Assembly (NCBI GenBank): GCA_002737665.1
Contig: NSIF01000001.1
Location: 350-64,349 of the forward strand
Origin: Flavobacteriales bacterium
GTDB lineage: Bacteria; Bacteroidota; Bacteroidia; Palsa-965
Direction of reading: 5' to 3'
Length of the DNA stretch: 64,000 nt
Every line of letters begins with the position of its first letter. Positions within the stretch are counted from its first letter, which is position 1. A program made the position numbers and the translations under genes. The notes under the pieces are model-generated. The model had not been told where the DNA came from, ran no database searches, and saw nothing but the letters and a program-made list of their open reading frames with translations. Shown here one piece after another: positions 60,834 through 64,000 of the stretch.

Positions 60834-61858
60834 GTTAAGTTGTTGAAGAAGGTATAGCGCAAACTAAATTCTAATACAATAAATAAGAACCCTAATAGTA
60901 AGAATGGTAAAAACTCTTCTTTTCGCTGTTCGATTTCTTTCTTTTCAAATTTATTTTTTTCAAGTTTGTTGATTTCACCATAAATTCTTTTTAAGTTTTT
61001 TGAATCGGAGGCACGGAAATATCTCCCCCCTGTAGTAGTTGCAATTTCACGCAGCGTACTTTCATCAATTGCGACATCTCTAAATTCGTAATTTATTGTT
61101 CCATCAGGATTTTGCGATACGGGTGTTTGAACTTTTCCATGGGTTGCACTAAGACCAATGGTATAAATACGAACTCCAAATGTTTTGGCCATTTGTGCGG
61201 CCTCGATTGGCTGGATGGTTCCTTTTCCATTTTCTCCGTCTGTCAATAAGATAATCACTTTACTTTTTGCTTTACTTTCAATTATTCTTTCTACTGCTTT
61301 TGCCAGACCCATTCCAATGGCAGTGCCTTGTTCCAATTCGCCACCATTTATTTCAATGTTATCAATTAATAATTTTAATGCTTCATGGTCTGTTGTTAAT
61401 GGACAAATGGTGAATGCTTCGCCACTAAATACCACCATTCCAATTCGGTCGGCTGGTCGTTCATCTACAAAATTTATTGCTTGTGCTTTTGCTGCTTCCA
61501 TTCTTGAAGGCCTTCCATTTCCCTCGTCGCGCGCGTCCATACTTGTACTAATGTCAATGGTTAATAGGATATCGATTCCTTCGCCATAGGTTACTTTATA
61601 ACCTCTGAGCGATTGCGGTTTTGCAAATGCTGTAAGTAATAAAATAAGACTTAAAAAGCGCAAGCAATAAAGAACTGGTCTCCATTTAACTTTTGTTGGA
61701 ATTCGTATTCCATGCAAATAGTTTAAAGTTGAAATTTTTAGTGCTGATCTTTTTTTCTTTGCTAAATAATATGTGCTAATTATAAAAAATGGAACGATAG
61801 GGAATAACCAAAATACCCATTGCTCTGCAAAAATTAAAGTTTGCCACCAGTTCATCAT
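60830..61858 (-). CDS. batA: VWA-domain membrane protein, BatA-like.
   Basis: N-terminal TMs. DISTSMDARD...TDGEN MIDAS. Confidence 0.7.
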   Translation of the reverse strand: MMNWWQTLIFAEQWVFWLFPIVPFFIISTYYLAKKKRSALKISTLNYLHGIRIPTKVKWRPVLYCLRFLSLILLLTAFAKPQSLRGYKVTYGEGIDILLTIDISTSMDARDEGNGRPSRMEAAKAQAINFVDERPADRIGMVVFSGEAFTICPLTTDHEALKLLIDNIEINGGELEQGTAIGMGLAKAVERIIESKAKSKVIILLTDGENGKGTIQPIEAAQMAKTFGVRIYTIGLSATHGKVQTPVSQNPDGTINYEFRDVAIDESTLREIATTTGGRYFRASDSKNLKRIYGEINKLEKNKFEKKEIEQRKEEFLPFLLLGFLFIVLEFSLRYTFFNNLT

Positions 61859-62820
61859 TGTATTGGTGAAATTATAGGTTCGGGATAAATAGCAGTAGTT
61901 TTCACAAAATTAATTGCGAGTTCAAGGCAGTTTTCGTTTTCTTCAGGTTTGGGAAATTCCTTTGCAAACTTTACCCTATCGGATTTTCTTAGTACGGATT
62001 CTAATTTTTGTGTTGCATCTGAATTGGATTGTAATTTAAGTAGTGTATTAATTATTTCTTCAGTTGTTAATTCTAAAGCGTGAATTTGGTATCGGGTTAC
62101 AAGCCAGTTTCGTAAAATTTCAGTAAGTGTTATGTGAAATATTTTTAGTTCTCCATGAAGCCAAGGTTTTTTTTGGCCTAAAGCTATCAGCAGTGCTAAG
62201 GTTTTTTCGTGTGGTGGAATGGCTATAACTTTAGACTCAATTGGAATGGATTTATTTTTCTTGTTACTAAAATATAGGAACAGAATTATACTCATCAATA
62301 TCAGAAACACTCCGCTTATTCCAAGCCATTTTAGTACAGAATATTTCGTTGTTTCTATTGGAGCTGCTGGAACTTCGTAAATATCTTTGATGTCTTTTAT
62401 TGGTTGAGTTGTGTCGATGGGAACCGTTGTGACAATAAGTAAAAGTTTATTGGTGTATACCGTGTCGTTGTTAATGATAAAAGTTTGCGATGGGATAACG
62501 TAAGTGCCCGAGTCAAATGCTGTGATGATTACGGATCTTGTTTGTTGGTATAAAACAGATGATTGGCTGATAAGAATGGTTGTGATGGAGTCAATTTTAA
62601 TTATTTCTAAACCATAGGAAAGTGTATCCTTAAGATTGGGCCATGTAATTTTTGTTTTTTTTGTTCCTTCGTGGTAGCTCACAGAAAATTTTAATTCTGT
62701 TTGTTCTCCTATTTTTATTTGTGTTTGCATCAACAGCGCTTCCGCCTCAGCGCGTTGCGCGGAAATAGTGTTGCTTAAAAAAAATAGCAATGAAAAAAGA
62801 AGATGTATTTTCGATTTCAT
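61855..62820 (-). CDS. Hypothetical signal-peptide/TM protein of the Bat cluster, between DUF58 and BatA.
   Basis: Signal peptide. One mid-protein TM (WLGISGVFLILMSIILFLYF). Operon position. Confidence 0.5.
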   Translation of the reverse strand: MKSKIHLLFSLLFFLSNTISAQRAEAEALLMQTQIKIGEQTELKFSVSYHEGTKKTKITWPNLKDTLSYGLEIIKIDSITTILISQSSVLYQQTRSVIITAFDSGTYVIPSQTFIINNDTVYTNKLLLIVTTVPIDTTQPIKDIKDIYEVPAAPIETTKYSVLKWLGISGVFLILMSIILFLYFSNKKNKSIPIESKVIAIPPHEKTLALLIALGQKKPWLHGELKIFHITLTEILRNWLVTRYQIHALELTTEEIINTLLKLQSNSDATQKLESVLRKSDRVKFAKEFPKPEENENCLELAINFVKTTAIYPEPIISPIQ

Positions 62821-62823
62821 TTA

Positions 62824-63699
62824 TTAAAGACGTTTTTCTCTTTTTCGGAAAAGGGCAGATAATATTTTAATGTAGCCAGCACCTGTTGCGATATGGGCTA
62901 CATCAACACCACTTTTTTTGAATAAATCATTTAGACTCAATTGATGTATTTTGGATGCTTGTTCGTATTGCTTACGTACGTTAGCGTCAGCTGTATCAAC
63001 CCAAAGCAATTCGTTTGTTTCTGAATCGATGAGTTGGACTAATCCAATATTGGGTAATTCTAACTCCCGGCGGTCAAAAATATGTAAGGCCACAACATCG
63101 TGCCTTTGATTTGCAATTTTTAATGCCTTATCGAATTGAGGGCACATAAAATCGGATATTAAAAAAACAATACTGCGATTTTTTATAGCATTGGTACAAT
63201 ATTCCAAAGCAACTGCAAGGTTTGTTCCTGCTCCTGTAGCTTTGAATTGCAAGGACTCGCTGATCATTCGAAGTATGTGTTTTTTTCCTTTTTTAGGTGG
63301 AATAAATTTTTCCACTTTATCACTAAAAAAGAGTACACCTACTTTATCATTATTGAGCATGGCGGAAAATGAAATTACTGCGGATAATTCAGTAATGAGT
63401 TCTTGTTTAAGTTGTGCCTGAGTTCCAAATGTGCCCGACTTACTTACGTCAACTAATAGTATGATTGAAAGTTCTCGTTCTTCTTGAAAAACTTTTACAT
63501 AGGGATGGTTAAATCGTGCTGTAACGTTCCAATCTATGGTTCGTACTTCGTCACCCGGTTGGTATTCTCTTACCTCAGAAAATGTCATGCCACGACCTTT
63601 GAAAGCACTGTGATATTCTCCCGAAAAAACTTGGTTTGTTAGTCCGCGTGTTTTCAATTCTATCTTTCTAACTTTTTTAAGAATGTCGTTTGTCTCCAT
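62824..63699 (-). CDS. DUF58-family protein (MoxR-associated, VWA-like).
   Basis: EYQPGDEVRTIDWNVTAR motif typical of DUF58. Confidence 0.75.
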   Translation of the reverse strand: METNDILKKVRKIELKTRGLTNQVFSGEYHSAFKGRGMTFSEVREYQPGDEVRTIDWNVTARFNHPYVKVFQEERELSIILLVDVSKSGTFGTQAQLKQELITELSAVISFSAMLNNDKVGVLFFSDKVEKFIPPKKGKKHILRMISESLQFKATGAGTNLAVALEYCTNAIKNRSIVFLISDFMCPQFDKALKIANQRHDVVALHIFDRRELELPNIGLVQLIDSETNELLWVDTADANVRKQYEQASKIHQLSLNDLFKKSGVDVAHIATGAGYIKILSALFRKREKRL

Positions 63700-63753
63700 T
63701 AAAAAAATGAGGTGTGGATGTTTTTAGTTAACTGCTTATTGAAAAAATTACAT

Positions 63754-64000
63754 TTAAGGTACTTGAACTGCGGCTAAAACATCTTTAATAATTTCTTCTG
63801 TGCTGATATTTTCTGCTTCTGCTTCATAGGTAAGTCCTATTCTATGTCGAAGTACGTCGTATGCAATGGCACGGATATCGTCGGGGATTACAAATCCTCT
63901 ATGGTGTAAGAATGCGTATGCTTTAGCAGCTTGAGCAAGACTAATGGAAGCTCGTGGTGAACCGCCGAAAGAAATTATATTCTGTAATTTTTGTAATTTA
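63754..64000 (-). CDS. MoxR-family AAA+ ATPase. Partial: only the C-terminal end is in the window.
   Basis: Reverse translation ...NIISFGGSPRASISLAQAAKAYAFLHHRGFVIPDDIRAIAYDVLRHRIGLTYEAEAE...VP* is the conserved MoxR C-terminal lid. Confidence 0.75.
   Translation of the reverse strand, partial: KLQKLQNIISFGGSPRASISLAQAAKAYAFLHHRGFVIPDDIRAIAYDVLRHRIGLTYEAEAENISTEEIIKDVLAAVQVP

Noticed and set aside
1-64000. Search for mobile elements, integrases, restriction-modification, toxin-antitoxin or other defence systems.
   Set aside because: No transposase, recombinase, methyltransferase, nuclease or toxin motifs were seen in any frame. The window reads as core chromosome apart from the surface-protein genes.

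Overview
This window reads as a low-GC Bacteroidota chromosome segment, probably a gliding Flavobacteriia- or Sphingobacteriia-like organism. The evidence is three T9SS type-A CTD proteins, two type-B (gliding-motility) CTD proteins with SprB repeats, a Rho with a long Q/N/P-rich insertion, a Bat/MoxR aerotolerance cluster, and repeated TAnnTTTG -7 promoter motifs. Most of the window is densely packed housekeeping genes: lpxH, gatB, lpxK, a PNP, proS, tRNA-Glu, rpsF-rpsR-rplI, acn, hemE, ung, lipA, gap, priA, rho, a PolX, and the Nif3/Zn-ribbon pair. I found no CRISPR, IS or transposase, integrase, or recognisable toxin or defence module. Several items are unusual. (1) A two-gene operon at 11857-14495 encodes a FadL/PorV-like outer-membrane beta-barrel plus a lipoprotein whose core is an extreme Y/N/G/W low-complexity, prion-like segment. 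(2) Two adjacent, paralogous type-B-CTD adhesin-like genes at 50962-58904 share an unrecognised ~300-aa N-terminal domain with the motif DKCWGY..TYRADVTS and lack the expected cognate sprF/porP partner. The larger one carries about seven near-identical 231-bp SprB-repeat units. (3) A histone-H1-like lysine-rich tail is fused to a SWIB/MDM2 domain. (4) Rho carries a ~200-aa Q/N/P prion-like insertion and a structured leader. (5) The Bat operon is truncated: it ends at BatC and is followed directly by the adhesin genes. All functional calls rest on reading the translated motifs by eye. No database search was possible.
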